A stretch of DNA of 64,000 nt, taken from positions 12,589 to 76,588 of the forward strand of contig CAWFFK010000004.1 of the NCBI GenBank assembly GCA_963815075.1, in the 5' to 3' direction. The DNA is from an uncultured Bacteroidales bacterium (GTDB lineage: Bacteria; Bacteroidota; Bacteroidia; Bacteroidales; VadinHA17). Shown piece after piece: positions 55,306 to 64,000 of the stretch; the first letter of the stretch is position 1; each line of letters begins with the position of its first letter. The notes below the pieces were generated by a model. It worked only from the letters and a program-made list of their open reading frames with translations, was not told the origin of the DNA and made no database searches. The position numbers and the translations under genes were made by a program.

Positions 55306-56919
55306 CTATTGTATTCTGGCAAGCGATCCCCTTAAAGGCGTCAATGCCGGTCCTGGCCTTCCCATGAAAAAGCCGGGTTTTTGTTCGATCGTCAGGCTGA
55401 TATTTCCGTTAAATTCCCTGAACCGGCAGGTAATAGTCTCTGAACCAAGACTTTCTTCAACAAACCGAGCAGTTATCTCAAGAGTATTATTATCAGTCCA
55501 GGCATATCTCGTTGCCGTTTTTATCACTGGCTGCATTACCTTATAATTTGCATCAATTGACTTCGAAGTACTACGGGGAGGGGCTAAAAGAGATGAAGAT
55601 TTTGCATCTGACATTTTCCAGTTTACAGATCCGCACTTTATAACAGATATGTCATTATCTCTATTTAAAGCAAAGCTGCATTCCTCACCCTTAAAAGTAA
55701 AATAAACAGATTTTATATTGAAATCATTATCCCCCAGTAAGAACTCCTTTCCAGATATTTTCCCTGGTAAATCAGATGCAGTTACTTTTGAATCATCCTG
55801 CTTAATGCTCAATGCTGACTGTTTTTTCTGTAATTCGGCATAAGAGGCCGGATCTGATGAAATTGATTTATTGGATTTTATTGCCGGGATCAGATAATTA
55901 TGAACCAGGTTCATTTCTTCCTGGGTATTTCGTGCATTAGCCGTCAGAACCACTATTGCATCCTGATCAGGGATCAGCACTACAAATTGCCCTGCCATTC
56001 CGTCAAGGCGAACAGTATTATTCCTCCCACGCCACATCTGGTAACAGTATCCCTGACCCCAGTCATTCTTATCTTTTGGCATCTTATTAGACGGGTCCCC
56101 ACTCTCAATCTTGAAAGATGTTGCTTCTTTAACCCATTGTTCAGGAACAAGCTGTTTTCCATTCCATCTTCCGCCCTGTATCAGTAATTGTCCAAACTTT
56201 GCCATGTCTTCCGTACGAAGCCTGAGTCCTATCATACCAAGGTTTATTCCCTGTGGATTCATATCCCAGTCGATGCCACAAATGGACAGGGGATCAAAGA
56301 TCCTTGGCTTCAGGTAATCGAACAGGGTTTGACCGGTAACCTGCTGGACAATAGCCGAAAGCATAAAGGTTGCCATATTATTGTACAGGAATACTGTTCC
56401 CGGTTTATGAACAGGCTCAAGGGAGATAAATGTCCTTATCCAGTCATCATTTGCGCCCGCACCCATCAGAGCCGGCTCCTGACCAACAGACATGGTAAGA
56501 AGATTCTGAACAGTCAATTCCCTCATATACTTACCAATGGTATCAGGTAAAGAATACGGAAAGAAGGAAATAATCTTGTCAGACAGCTTCAGCCTGTTTT
56601 CTGAAACAGCCAGACCTATGCCTGTTGCGGTGAAGGTTTTGCTGGCAGAGAACATAATATGCCTGAATTCAGGGCCGTACGGATTCCACCAGCCCTCTGC
56701 AATTACCTTGCCGTGTCTTATGAACATAAAACTGTGTATTTCCTGGCGACCTGTATCCACTGCGTTTATGAAATCTATTATTCCAGCTGAAGATACTCCC
56801 TCCGATTCAGGGGTGCTTCTTGGTAGCTGACTGATATTCTGCCCGGAAATATCAGCTAATAAACCGGCATTAACCAGCAGTATTAAACCGGCAACAACTA
56901 CTTGTAATATTTTTTTCAT
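55306..56919 (-). CDS. Secreted serine hydrolase, beta-lactamase/class C-like fold
   Basis: SxxK (FSASKT), LLTMSVG, PGTVFLYNN, YLKPRIFDPL, DMAKFGQL, GYCYQMW. Confidence 0.85.
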   Translation of the reverse strand: MKKILQVVVAGLILLVNAGLLADISGQNISQLPRSTPESEGVSSAGIIDFINAVDTGRQEIHSFMFIRHGKVIAEGWWNPYGPEFRHIMFSASKTFTATGIGLAVSENRLKLSDKIISFFPYSLPDTIGKYMRELTVQNLLTMSVGQEPALMGAGANDDWIRTFISLEPVHKPGTVFLYNNMATFMLSAIVQQVTGQTLFDYLKPRIFDPLSICGIDWDMNPQGINLGMIGLRLRTEDMAKFGQLLIQGGRWNGKQLVPEQWVKEATSFKIESGDPSNKMPKDKNDWGQGYCYQMWRGRNNTVRLDGMAGQFVVLIPDQDAIVVLTANARNTQEEMNLVHNYLIPAIKSNKSISSDPASYAELQKKQSALSIKQDDSKVTASDLPGKISGKEFLLGDNDFNIKSVYFTFKGEECSFALNRDNDISVIKCGSVNWKMSDAKSSSLLAPPRSTSKSIDANYKVMQPVIKTATRYAWTDNNTLEITARFVEESLGSETITCRFREFNGNISLTIEQKPGFFMGRPGPALTPLRGSLARIQ

Positions 56920-57097
56920 ATTACCTTATCTTAATTTATAATTTTATTATTCCCAATACCATATAACACAATACGCAACAGGATTTCAATGGTGTATTAG
57001 TTAAACATAAATAGATGATTTTATTTACCTGTAGAAAGTTCATATTTAAAAGACGAATAAAATAACTTCAATCACTATTATTTAAGTCGGTAAGACG

Positions 57098-57180
57098 CAA
57101 ATATAAATGATTTTATTCATACCTGAGTTCATCTATTGGACATTCATCCTATTCTTCCACCAATGTTTTTAATAAATTTG
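57098..57180. promoter_or_regulatory. Divergent -7 boxes for the serine hydrolase (57098-57105, minus) and the MFS gene (57173-57180, plus)
   Basis: TATATTTG on minus and TAAATTTG on plus, both matching TAnnTTTG. Confidence 0.5.
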
Positions 57181-57203
57181 TGATGTCTTTTTATAATACA
57201 TTC

Positions 57204-58451
57204 ATGTCGGACCTTAAAAATCCTGCATCCTTACAAATTTTATCTGTTTCTGAGAAGAGACGGATCAGGGTAGCTGTTTCATCGGTCTATTTTTGCACAG
57301 GACTCTGTTTTGCCTCCTGGGCAAGTCGTATTCCGGATATAAAGACCGCTTTACACCTTAATGATGCAATGCTTGGAAGTATTCTTTTTGCATTACCCGT
57401 TGGACAATTCGCAATGATGCCATTTTCAGGCAGACTGGTTACCCGGTTCGGGAGCCATAGAATACTGGCTTTCGCTCTTACAGCTTATGCTCTTTGTCTT
57501 AATAACATAGGACTTGTAAGGGAAGGATGGCAACTCGCAATTGCGCTGTTTATCTTCGGTCTGGCGGGTAATCTGACAAATATTTCCATCAATACACAGG
57601 GAGTGGCAGCCGAGCATATTTATGAACGTCCCATAATGGCATCATTTCACGGAGTATGGAGTCTTGCCGGTTTTACAGGCGCCCTTATCGGGTTGCTTAT
57701 GATCAATCTGAAAGTCACTCCCTACTGGCATTTTATTACTGTTATTGTACTGGCATTATCAATATTCGCTATTAACTATCCTTCCCTGGTAAAAAGCAGT
57801 GCAGATGAAATAACCGGTGTGCCGAAGAGAAGGTTTTTTACAAAGCCCGATGGAGTACTCCTCCAGCTTGGAATAATCGGCTTTTTCAGTATGGCCAGCG
57901 AAGGAGCCATGTTCGACTGGAGTGGTGTATATTTCAAGGATGTGGTGAAAGCCCCGGCATCGCTTGTGGTACTGGGTTATACTTCATTCATGATAATGAT
58001 GGCTACGGGACGCTTTGTTGCCGATAGGATGATCTCAAAAATTGGTCGGAAGAAGCTGCTCCGGATTTGCGGAATAATGATCTCCACGGGATTGTTCATT
58101 TCAGTCCTGTTTCCATATCTGGTACCATGTACGATTGCTTTCATGCTGGTAGGGTTAGGCGTTTCCAGTATAGTTCCTACTGTTTACAGCACAGCTGGAA
58201 AGAATGGCAGGGTGCCACCCGGTATTGCTCTTGTAACAGTATCAAGTGTCAGTTTCCTCGGTTTTCTTATGGGACCACCTCTTATAGGACATATAGCTGA
58301 GTTAGCAGGACTACGTTATTCTTTTGCCCTGATTGGTTTTTTTGGAATTGGTATCGCCCTTCTTGTCAACAGGATAAAAGCGTTCAAGGCAGAACAGCCA
58401 GTCCCTGCGGAACAGACAACAGATCAGCTACCACCTTTCCCGGATATGTAA
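57204..58451 (+). CDS. MFS transporter
   Basis: About 12 hydrophobic helices; ASWASRIP, MASFHGVWSL, EGAMFDWS, GFLMGPPLIG. Start moved to ATG 57204, downstream of the -7 box. Confidence 0.9.
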   Translation: MSDLKNPASLQILSVSEKRRIRVAVSSVYFCTGLCFASWASRIPDIKTALHLNDAMLGSILFALPVGQFAMMPFSGRLVTRFGSHRILAFALTAYALCLNNIGLVREGWQLAIALFIFGLAGNLTNISINTQGVAAEHIYERPIMASFHGVWSLAGFTGALIGLLMINLKVTPYWHFITVIVLALSIFAINYPSLVKSSADEITGVPKRRFFTKPDGVLLQLGIIGFFSMASEGAMFDWSGVYFKDVVKAPASLVVLGYTSFMIMMATGRFVADRMISKIGRKKLLRICGIMISTGLFISVLFPYLVPCTIAFMLVGLGVSSIVPTVYSTAGKNGRVPPGIALVTVSSVSFLGFLMGPPLIGHIAELAGLRYSFALIGFFGIGIALLVNRIKAFKAEQPVPAEQTTDQLPPFPDM

Positions 58452-58494
58452 GGAAAGGCGGAAGGCGGAGATTTAAGGTTCCCCTCCTGGGAGA

Positions 58495-58536
58495 GGTTAA
58501 GGTTAAGGTTAAGGTTAAGGTTAAGGTTAAGGTTAA
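58495..58536 (+). repeat. Hexamer microsatellite (GGTTAA)x7, with two more units near 58614-58625
   Basis: Read directly. Confidence 0.95.
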
Positions 58537-58704
58537 GACAAAATTATAACATTAGATATTAACTTAAATAGTTGAAGAATTAGCCCCCCTGCGGGGGGGT
58601 TGGGGGGTAATAAGGTTAAGGTTAAGGCGGGAGGCAGAGGATGAAGGCCGTGCCTACCGCTACCAGATGTGTTGCTTGCGGGTAAACCTTTTTATCAGGT
58701 ACTT

Positions 58705-58731
58705 TGTTATAATGTTATAATGTTATAATGT
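58705..58731 (+). repeat. Octamer repeat (TGTTATAA)x3
   Basis: Read directly; about 75 nt upstream of the gene at 58806. Confidence 0.9.
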
Positions 58732-58805
58732 AAAAACAGAAAATCTAAAGTGATTATTGGTACAGAGCAATTAAGAAGTAATTCATTAACAGATTTTTTT
58801 GAAGC

Positions 58806-59456
58806 ATGAAAAAAATAGTGCTGATTGGTGCCAGCGGGTTTATAGGTTCAGTGATACTCAATGAGGCGTTGTCCAGGGGTCATAAAGTTAAGTCAGTAGT
58901 GCGACATCCTGAAAAGATCATGGTATCACATCCCAATCTGATGAAAGAAAAAGGTGATGCTTCTGATCCTCAACTTGTAAGCAGGCTTTGTGAAGGCAGT
59001 GATGTTGTCATCAGTGCTTATAATCCGGGATGGAAAAATCCTGATATTGCCAGTGACACTTTAAGGGTCTACCCCACTATTCTAAAGGGTGTAAGGGAAT
59101 CAGGTGTCCGAAGATTGCTCATAGTCGGAGGTGCCGGCTCACTTTTTGTCAAACCCGGAGTCAGACTTATGGATTCCGGCAGCATTGCGGAACCTTTCCT
59201 GCCAGCAGTCAGAGCTCTGGCAAAATTTTATCTCGAGATTCTTTCAGAAGAAAAGGCTGTTGACTGGGTTTTCTTTTGTCCTGCACAAAAGATCATTCCC
59301 GGAAAACGTACTGGTATTTTCCGACTCGGAAAAGATGACCTGATATATGGCAATGAGGGCAAAAGCAGTATCTCTGTTGAGGATTATGCAGTCGCCATGA
59401 TGGATGAAACTGAAAATCCTGCTCATCATATGGAGAGATTTACAATAGGTTACTGA
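58806..59456 (+). CDS. NAD(P)H-binding oxidoreductase (NADH-flavin reductase/YwnB-like)
   Basis: IGASGFIG Rossmann motif, RLLIVGGAGSL, ISVEDYAVA, H..ERFT. Confidence 0.9.
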   Translation: MKKIVLIGASGFIGSVILNEALSRGHKVKSVVRHPEKIMVSHPNLMKEKGDASDPQLVSRLCEGSDVVISAYNPGWKNPDIASDTLRVYPTILKGVRESGVRRLLIVGGAGSLFVKPGVRLMDSGSIAEPFLPAVRALAKFYLEILSEEKAVDWVFFCPAQKIIPGKRTGIFRLGKDDLIYGNEGKSSISVEDYAVAMMDETENPAHHMERFTIGY

Positions 59457-59530
59457 AAAAAATTTCTGATACCCCAGGGCAAAACCTGACGCAATTTCTT
59501 TTCTTTTCCTCCGTGCTTTGATTATGAAAA

Positions 59531-60760
59531 TTATTTTTCGATCACTGACTCAAAGAACGCTTTCATTTCTGCAGCATAATAAACTCCATATTTATAGAAT
59601 GTAGCTTTGGTCCTTTCATCGGGCTTCCAGTCGAAAAATGCATGACTGGCTCCTCCTATCTGCACATATTCAACTCTTTGCCCGGCTTTAACCAAAGCAT
59701 CAACAAAAGCTTTTACATCAGGGTCCTTAATCAAAGGATCGTTGGTTCCGCGTGTAAGATACTGGGGCACTGACCTTTTCTTTGCATCCGGTATATTGCT
59801 GATGGGAGCAATTGCGTCTTTCCATGAGTCGTTGGCAGCAGGATCGTCTGAATATACGTTTAAAAGCTTGCCGCTGAAAACTCCGTAACTGGGCGCAGCG
59901 GCTTTAATGGATGCCATCAGTTCGGTTCTCAACTGTTCAACAGTCTTGTTTTCAGGAATATATGACGGCTTAAATTCAAATACCCCGGTAGTTTTTCCAA
60001 ATCCTCCTGATCCGATCTTATCCGCCATTAATGAACATGCTGCTGACAGATGCCCTCCGGCACTATCACCTGTCAACCCTATTTTGTCAGGATCGCCTCC
60101 ATATTCAGCTGCATGTTCCCTTATATGGGCAATGGCGCCAAATACGTCCTCCATCAGGTTAGCCATAGTATTGCCTACTGCATCACCATCGGCTTTACCG
60201 GCCCATCTGTAGTCGATGCTGAAGACAACGAATTTTCCTCCCTTTGTAAGCTCCCGGGCAAGTCCCCTCATTATATTTTCGTCATTGGAAACCCATCCTC
60301 CTCCGTGAATTATAACTATGCATGGAAGGTTTTTGGCCCCTTTTGGCGAATAGACATCGTATTTCAGAGGCTTCACACCCGGTTTTGCATAGACGACATC
60401 CTGTGTTACATTAATATGGTCCACGGCAGATTTCTCAATGAAGGAAGCTCCTATATGCATATCCCTGCTGACAGTCACTTTGAATGGTGATGTCATAAAT
60501 TCCGTATACATCTGTCCCCACATTCCCGGTACGGAAAAATAGCCGGCATCTAGTACAAAACCGGCATCGGGTGTCGCAGTGACGGTAACCACTGTTCCTT
60601 CAGGGTATTTACCATCGGCTGGCAATGCCGGATTGAGTTTATAAGTTCCGTTTACGGGCTTATCTGCCACTACGGTAAAAGTTTGTGAGTTCATTGTCAT
60701 GGATACTGAAAATAAAACAGCTGAACTGAGGATCAGGTTTCTTATAAAAGTCATTTTCAT
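59531..60760 (-). CDS. Secreted alpha/beta hydrolase (HSL-type esterase) with a small N-terminal beta-repeat domain
   Basis: HGGGW, SIDYR, GDSAGGHL, DPL..D, SHAF; N-terminal GTVVTVTATPDAGF repeat-like domain. Confidence 0.85.
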   Translation of the reverse strand: MKMTFIRNLILSSAVLFSVSMTMNSQTFTVVADKPVNGTYKLNPALPADGKYPEGTVVTVTATPDAGFVLDAGYFSVPGMWGQMYTEFMTSPFKVTVSRDMHIGASFIEKSAVDHINVTQDVVYAKPGVKPLKYDVYSPKGAKNLPCIVIIHGGGWVSNDENIMRGLARELTKGGKFVVFSIDYRWAGKADGDAVGNTMANLMEDVFGAIAHIREHAAEYGGDPDKIGLTGDSAGGHLSAACSLMADKIGSGGFGKTTGVFEFKPSYIPENKTVEQLRTELMASIKAAAPSYGVFSGKLLNVYSDDPAANDSWKDAIAPISNIPDAKKRSVPQYLTRGTNDPLIKDPDVKAFVDALVKAGQRVEYVQIGGASHAFFDWKPDERTKATFYKYGVYYAAEMKAFFESVIEK

Positions 60761-61142
60761 TTTTTTATTGATTTTGATTGACAAGATAATATAATAAGGT
60801 CAACTATTAACTAAGAATATAAAACCGGATCTCAGTAAGATCTTCAAATCTACTTAGCCAGTCTAATTATATTTCATTATTTGATTCAAATATATGGAAA
60901 TCTCTCGGTTTTTTTCGAGAAAACTCTGAGATAAAACAAAAGATATAGCATAATGGAAATACAAAACTGCTTATCAACACCCGATCGAGGCATGATTTAC
61001 AGATATGCCATGGCTGACTTATGTCAGTTAAGAACACCTTAATTCACTGTACCCCGGATTCTGGTAAGGGTAACACGAAATTACTAATCTTATCTGTATT
61101 TTAATAAATGCTATTTCGCCTTACAAAACTTTTTCCGGAAAT

Positions 61143-62102
61143 CTATTGTAGTTTTATTTTGCTTTCATCAGATTCCTTTTCTTTTTTGTTTTTAGGATTA
61201 AAAATTCTTACCCCTAAAGATACCTGGTGACTTCCAAAGGTGTTCAAAGAAACGTTGCTGCTAAAATTGTAGGAATAATTTAACATTATACCATCATATA
61301 CTTCTCCCCCTACTCCTGCGCCAAATACTCCACCCGTTCTGAATACAATATTTCCCCATAAACGTTTATTCCACGTAACATTAGGAGCTATTTCAACCTG
61401 CATAGGTACATGCTGGCCACCTCTTAGTATAAAAAATGGTTTTAAATCCCATTTATTATTCATAACAAAGTCATATGAAGCATGTAACAGAAAGTTTTTT
61501 AAAGGTTTATATACCATATCTGAATTGGCATACCTGACAGTTCCAAACATAACGTTAGAGAAGAGAATACCCATTTCTGCCTGCTTGTATCTGTATAAAG
61601 CACTTATATCGGTGGCGAATTTGATTTTTGATTGTTGCATTCCATAAATTAACGCCATGTCGGTGACATATGTCGGATCGTCGAAATACTTGGTAAGATC
61701 AATGGAATTTCTATAGAACCCCACTGATAAACCAAAGTTAATGTAGTGATCTCTTAATATGTTTACTTCGTACGTATATGTCCCCAGAATCAGAGTCTGT
61801 TTAAAAATATCAGTCTTGTCATAAAGATACCTTCCTCCAAACCCTACCTTCCCAATCTTATCATTGTAACTAAGCTGATAAGTCCTGGGACCTCCATCTA
61901 TTCCGGTCCAGTCGGCACGATAATCCATGAAGATAGTCTTACCATTATGAATGCCGGCATAAGCAGGTGATAAGCTGAAAGGATTAACGCTGTAACCTTC
62001 CATGAAAGGAAACTGCTGACCGAAAATGGTCGTTGGTATAAATACCATCAGGGTGATAATAAGCTTTTTCATTTTATTATTTTTAGATTTTTTCAATTTC
62101 AT
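61143..62102 (-). CDS. PorP/SprF family T9SS outer-membrane protein
   Basis: NPFSLSPAYAG, YRADWTGIDGGPRT, YSYNF..GSHQVSL; directly follows a type-B CTD gene. Start may be 62072. Confidence 0.9.
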   Translation of the reverse strand: MKLKKSKNNKMKKLIITLMVFIPTTIFGQQFPFMEGYSVNPFSLSPAYAGIHNGKTIFMDYRADWTGIDGGPRTYQLSYNDKIGKVGFGGRYLYDKTDIFKQTLILGTYTYEVNILRDHYINFGLSVGFYRNSIDLTKYFDDPTYVTDMALIYGMQQSKIKFATDISALYRYKQAEMGILFSNVMFGTVRYANSDMVYKPLKNFLLHASYDFVMNNKWDLKPFFILRGGQHVPMQVEIAPNVTWNKRLWGNIVFRTGGVFGAGVGGEVYDGIMLNYSYNFSSNVSLNTFGSHQVSLGVRIFNPKNKKEKESDESKIKLQ

Positions 62103-64000
62103 CTGACAATGTTTACTACACCTTTAATAATACCTTTCGTTGAAGATCTTATAATGTAATAATACGAAGCCGAAGGAAGCGGATAACCATTCCATGTTCC
62201 ATCCCAATCGTTTTTGTAGCTATCTGACTTGTAGACAGCCTGGCCATACCTGTTGTATACAGTCACCTGCAATTTACCATAATCTTCAAGGTGAGGGATA
62301 TACCAGTAATCATTCATTCCATCGTTGTTAGGAGTGAAAAGGGATGTGATTTTATCAAATGTGGGAAGGGTACTGACTGCTTGTATTACATCGGTAGCAG
62401 GATTCCAGTTCTGATCACCTTCCTGTATAGCGGTGATAGTAAAGGTTCCGTCTTGATTAATTAACAGTGTATTACCATCCACACTTGCTATGTTCGGATT
62501 GGATATTTCAAAGCTAACCGGCAATCCGCTTGATGCTGTTGCATCCAGCGTGTAATCCTGTGTCATTCTCAATCCGGAAGGTATCTCAGCGAAGGTTATA
62601 ACCTGGTCGGCTTTACCTACTGTGAGTACTCCATCCACATAAGTGTAGTCGTAATTACTATCTGATCCTCCGGTGATTACTATCGGATATGTTCCGACAT
62701 CTGCCAATGCAGGTGCTCCGTCGCTGCTAATTATGACACCCGGAACAGGATCTCCTGCTACAAGGCCACTAACAGAGAACTCTGTTCCTGCAAAAATAAG
62801 CTCAGTTCCATAAGTTTTGGAAAGATTATGAGCAGTGATGGTCAATCCTTTAGAAGTAATGTCTGCAATTAGTTCAGGCTGTGCCAAAGTATAGTTATCT
62901 GCACTTACTCCCGATATTGCAAAGCCGGAAGTTGTAACCGGTTTACCCATGCCGACATTCTTATCTGCAAAGGCTCCAGTTGCATCAGTAGTGATCAGGC
63001 TGATAACATCTGTTCCAGCGACGCCTGCAAGGCTTGCACTTCCGGTATTCAAAGTTGCAACAGTTGTTCCGTCATAGGTTTTATTATTAGCTGTTACACC
63101 AGAAATTGTAAGCGGTGCAGGAGTAATATCTGCCGTGAAGGTTGGCTGGGTCAATGTATAGTTGACGGCATCATTGCCTTCGATGGCAAAACCCGAGGTC
63201 GTTACAGTCTTGCCAAGACCGATATCCTTGCCGGCAAATGTACCTGTTGCGCCGGATGATACCAGGCTGACGTCATCTCCTGCCAGAACTCCTTCCACAG
63301 CTGCATTATCGGTATTTAAGACTGCGACTGTTGTTCCATCGTAGACTTTATTTTCAGCTGTTACGCCCGTTATGGTAAGGTTGATGGCAGTTATGTCAGC
63401 CATTGCCGTCGGTTGGGTCAGCGAATATTTGTCAGCATCGGGACCGGTTATGGTGAACCCGGTAATGACCACTGTTTTACCGATACCGACTGTTTTGTCA
63501 ATGAAGGCTCCGGTTACTCCTGTCGATTCAAGAGTCACAACATCCGTACCTATAACACCTTCCAGCGTAGCCCCTGAGATATTCAGAGTGGCAGCTGTTG
63601 TACCGTCATATAACTTATTGTCAGCCGTAACACCGCTAACTGACAGCCCGAATTCCGTGATGGTGGCTGTTGCTGTTGGTGACCCGGTAAGAGACAACGA
63701 GTAATTTGATGCATCGCCACCTGATATAGTTGATCCGGTAAGTCTGACCGTCTTTCCTGTACCAACGGCTACGTCATCGAATACTGCAACAGCATTTAGT
63801 GTTACGTCATCGGTGCCTGCCACTGTGAGAAGTGTCAGATTATTCAACATTATAGTAGCTGAAGTAGTGCCATCGTAGACCTTATTGTTTGCTGTAAATG
63901 AGCCTCCGATAGTAAGTTCTCTGACGGTTATATCAGCTATTGTTTCAGGTGCTCCAACCAATGAAAGAGTATAGTTACCAGCATCATTACCTGTCAACGT
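62099..64000 (-). CDS. Large T9SS type-B substrate (adhesin-like) with YDG repeats, MBG and Ig-like domains; 5' part outside the window
   Basis: Four NK.YDGTT repeats, MBG-like SKTYG..YVDGVLTV, and CTD FTPNNDGMNDYW..YNRYG..WDG..YYY; frame open to the window edge. Confidence 0.92.
   Translation of the reverse strand, partial: TLTGNDAGNYTLSLVGAPETIADITVRELTIGGSFTANNKVYDGTTSATIMLNNLTLLTVAGTDDVTLNAVAVFDDVAVGTGKTVRLTGSTISGGDASNYSLSLTGSPTATATITEFGLSVSGVTADNKLYDGTTAATLNISGATLEGVIGTDVVTLESTGVTGAFIDKTVGIGKTVVITGFTITGPDADKYSLTQPTAMADITAINLTITGVTAENKVYDGTTVAVLNTDNAAVEGVLAGDDVSLVSSGATGTFAGKDIGLGKTVTTSGFAIEGNDAVNYTLTQPTFTADITPAPLTISGVTANNKTYDGTTVATLNTGSASLAGVAGTDVISLITTDATGAFADKNVGMGKPVTTSGFAISGVSADNYTLAQPELIADITSKGLTITAHNLSKTYGTELIFAGTEFSVSGLVAGDPVPGVIISSDGAPALADVGTYPIVITGGSDSNYDYTYVDGVLTVGKADQVITFAEIPSGLRMTQDYTLDATASSGLPVSFEISNPNIASVDGNTLLINQDGTFTITAIQEGDQNWNPATDVIQAVSTLPTFDKITSLFTPNNDGMNDYWYIPHLEDYGKLQVTVYNRYGQAVYKSDSYKNDWDGTWNGYPLPSASYYYIIRSSTKGIIKGVVNIVR

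Noticed and set aside
55306..56919. Antibiotic-resistance beta-lactamase
   Set aside because: The fold is shared by many esterases and peptidases; nothing here indicates a true beta-lactamase.
58495..58536. Telomere-like repeat as eukaryotic contamination or CRISPR
   Set aside because: Only 42 bp, no spacers, no cas genes, embedded between typical bacterial genes.
61143..64000. PorP/SprF plus type-B CTD protein as a novel system
   Set aside because: This pairing is an established T9SS arrangement.

Overview
Bacteroidota DNA (Bacteroidales-like, judged from SusC/SusD, HTCS, ECF-sigma/FecR and T9SS genes), almost entirely coded on the minus strand and made of two adjacent polysaccharide utilisation loci. 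PUL1 (<1-18010) reads ECF sigma, FecR anti-sigma, STN-type susC, susD, a ~3.18 kb tandem duplication of [GH30_1 + right-handed beta-helix protein], a DoxX-oxidoreductase fusion with an internal twin-arginine motif, GH30_3 and a GH120-like gene missed by the ORF track. PUL2 (18311-54724) reads susC, susD, HTCS, CE1-CE1, GH51, GH3, an inserted four-gene non-Sus TonB-dependent-receptor cassette, CE1, GH42, a frameshifted GH44-T9SS gene, GH43, GH9, GH43-CBM6 and GH95. The right end holds a serine hydrolase, an MFS transporter, an NAD(P)-binding protein, an alpha/beta hydrolase, and a PorP/SprF gene paired with a YDG-repeat type-B T9SS substrate. I found no rRNA, tRNA, CRISPR array or intact transposase. 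The most interesting signals are three. (1) A candidate RNA regulatory layer: a putative ~105-nt sRNA behind susD2 that shares a 32/36-identical upstream block with susC2 and is complementary to the start-codon region of susC1, a DonS-like antisense unit at susC1, and a 26-nt motif shared by both susC leaders. (2) The duplicated enzyme pair differs at predicted active-site residues against a near-identical background. (3) A candidate dual Sec/Tat-inserted DoxX-redox protein sits inside a PUL. All family calls are by-eye motif recognition; no searches were run.
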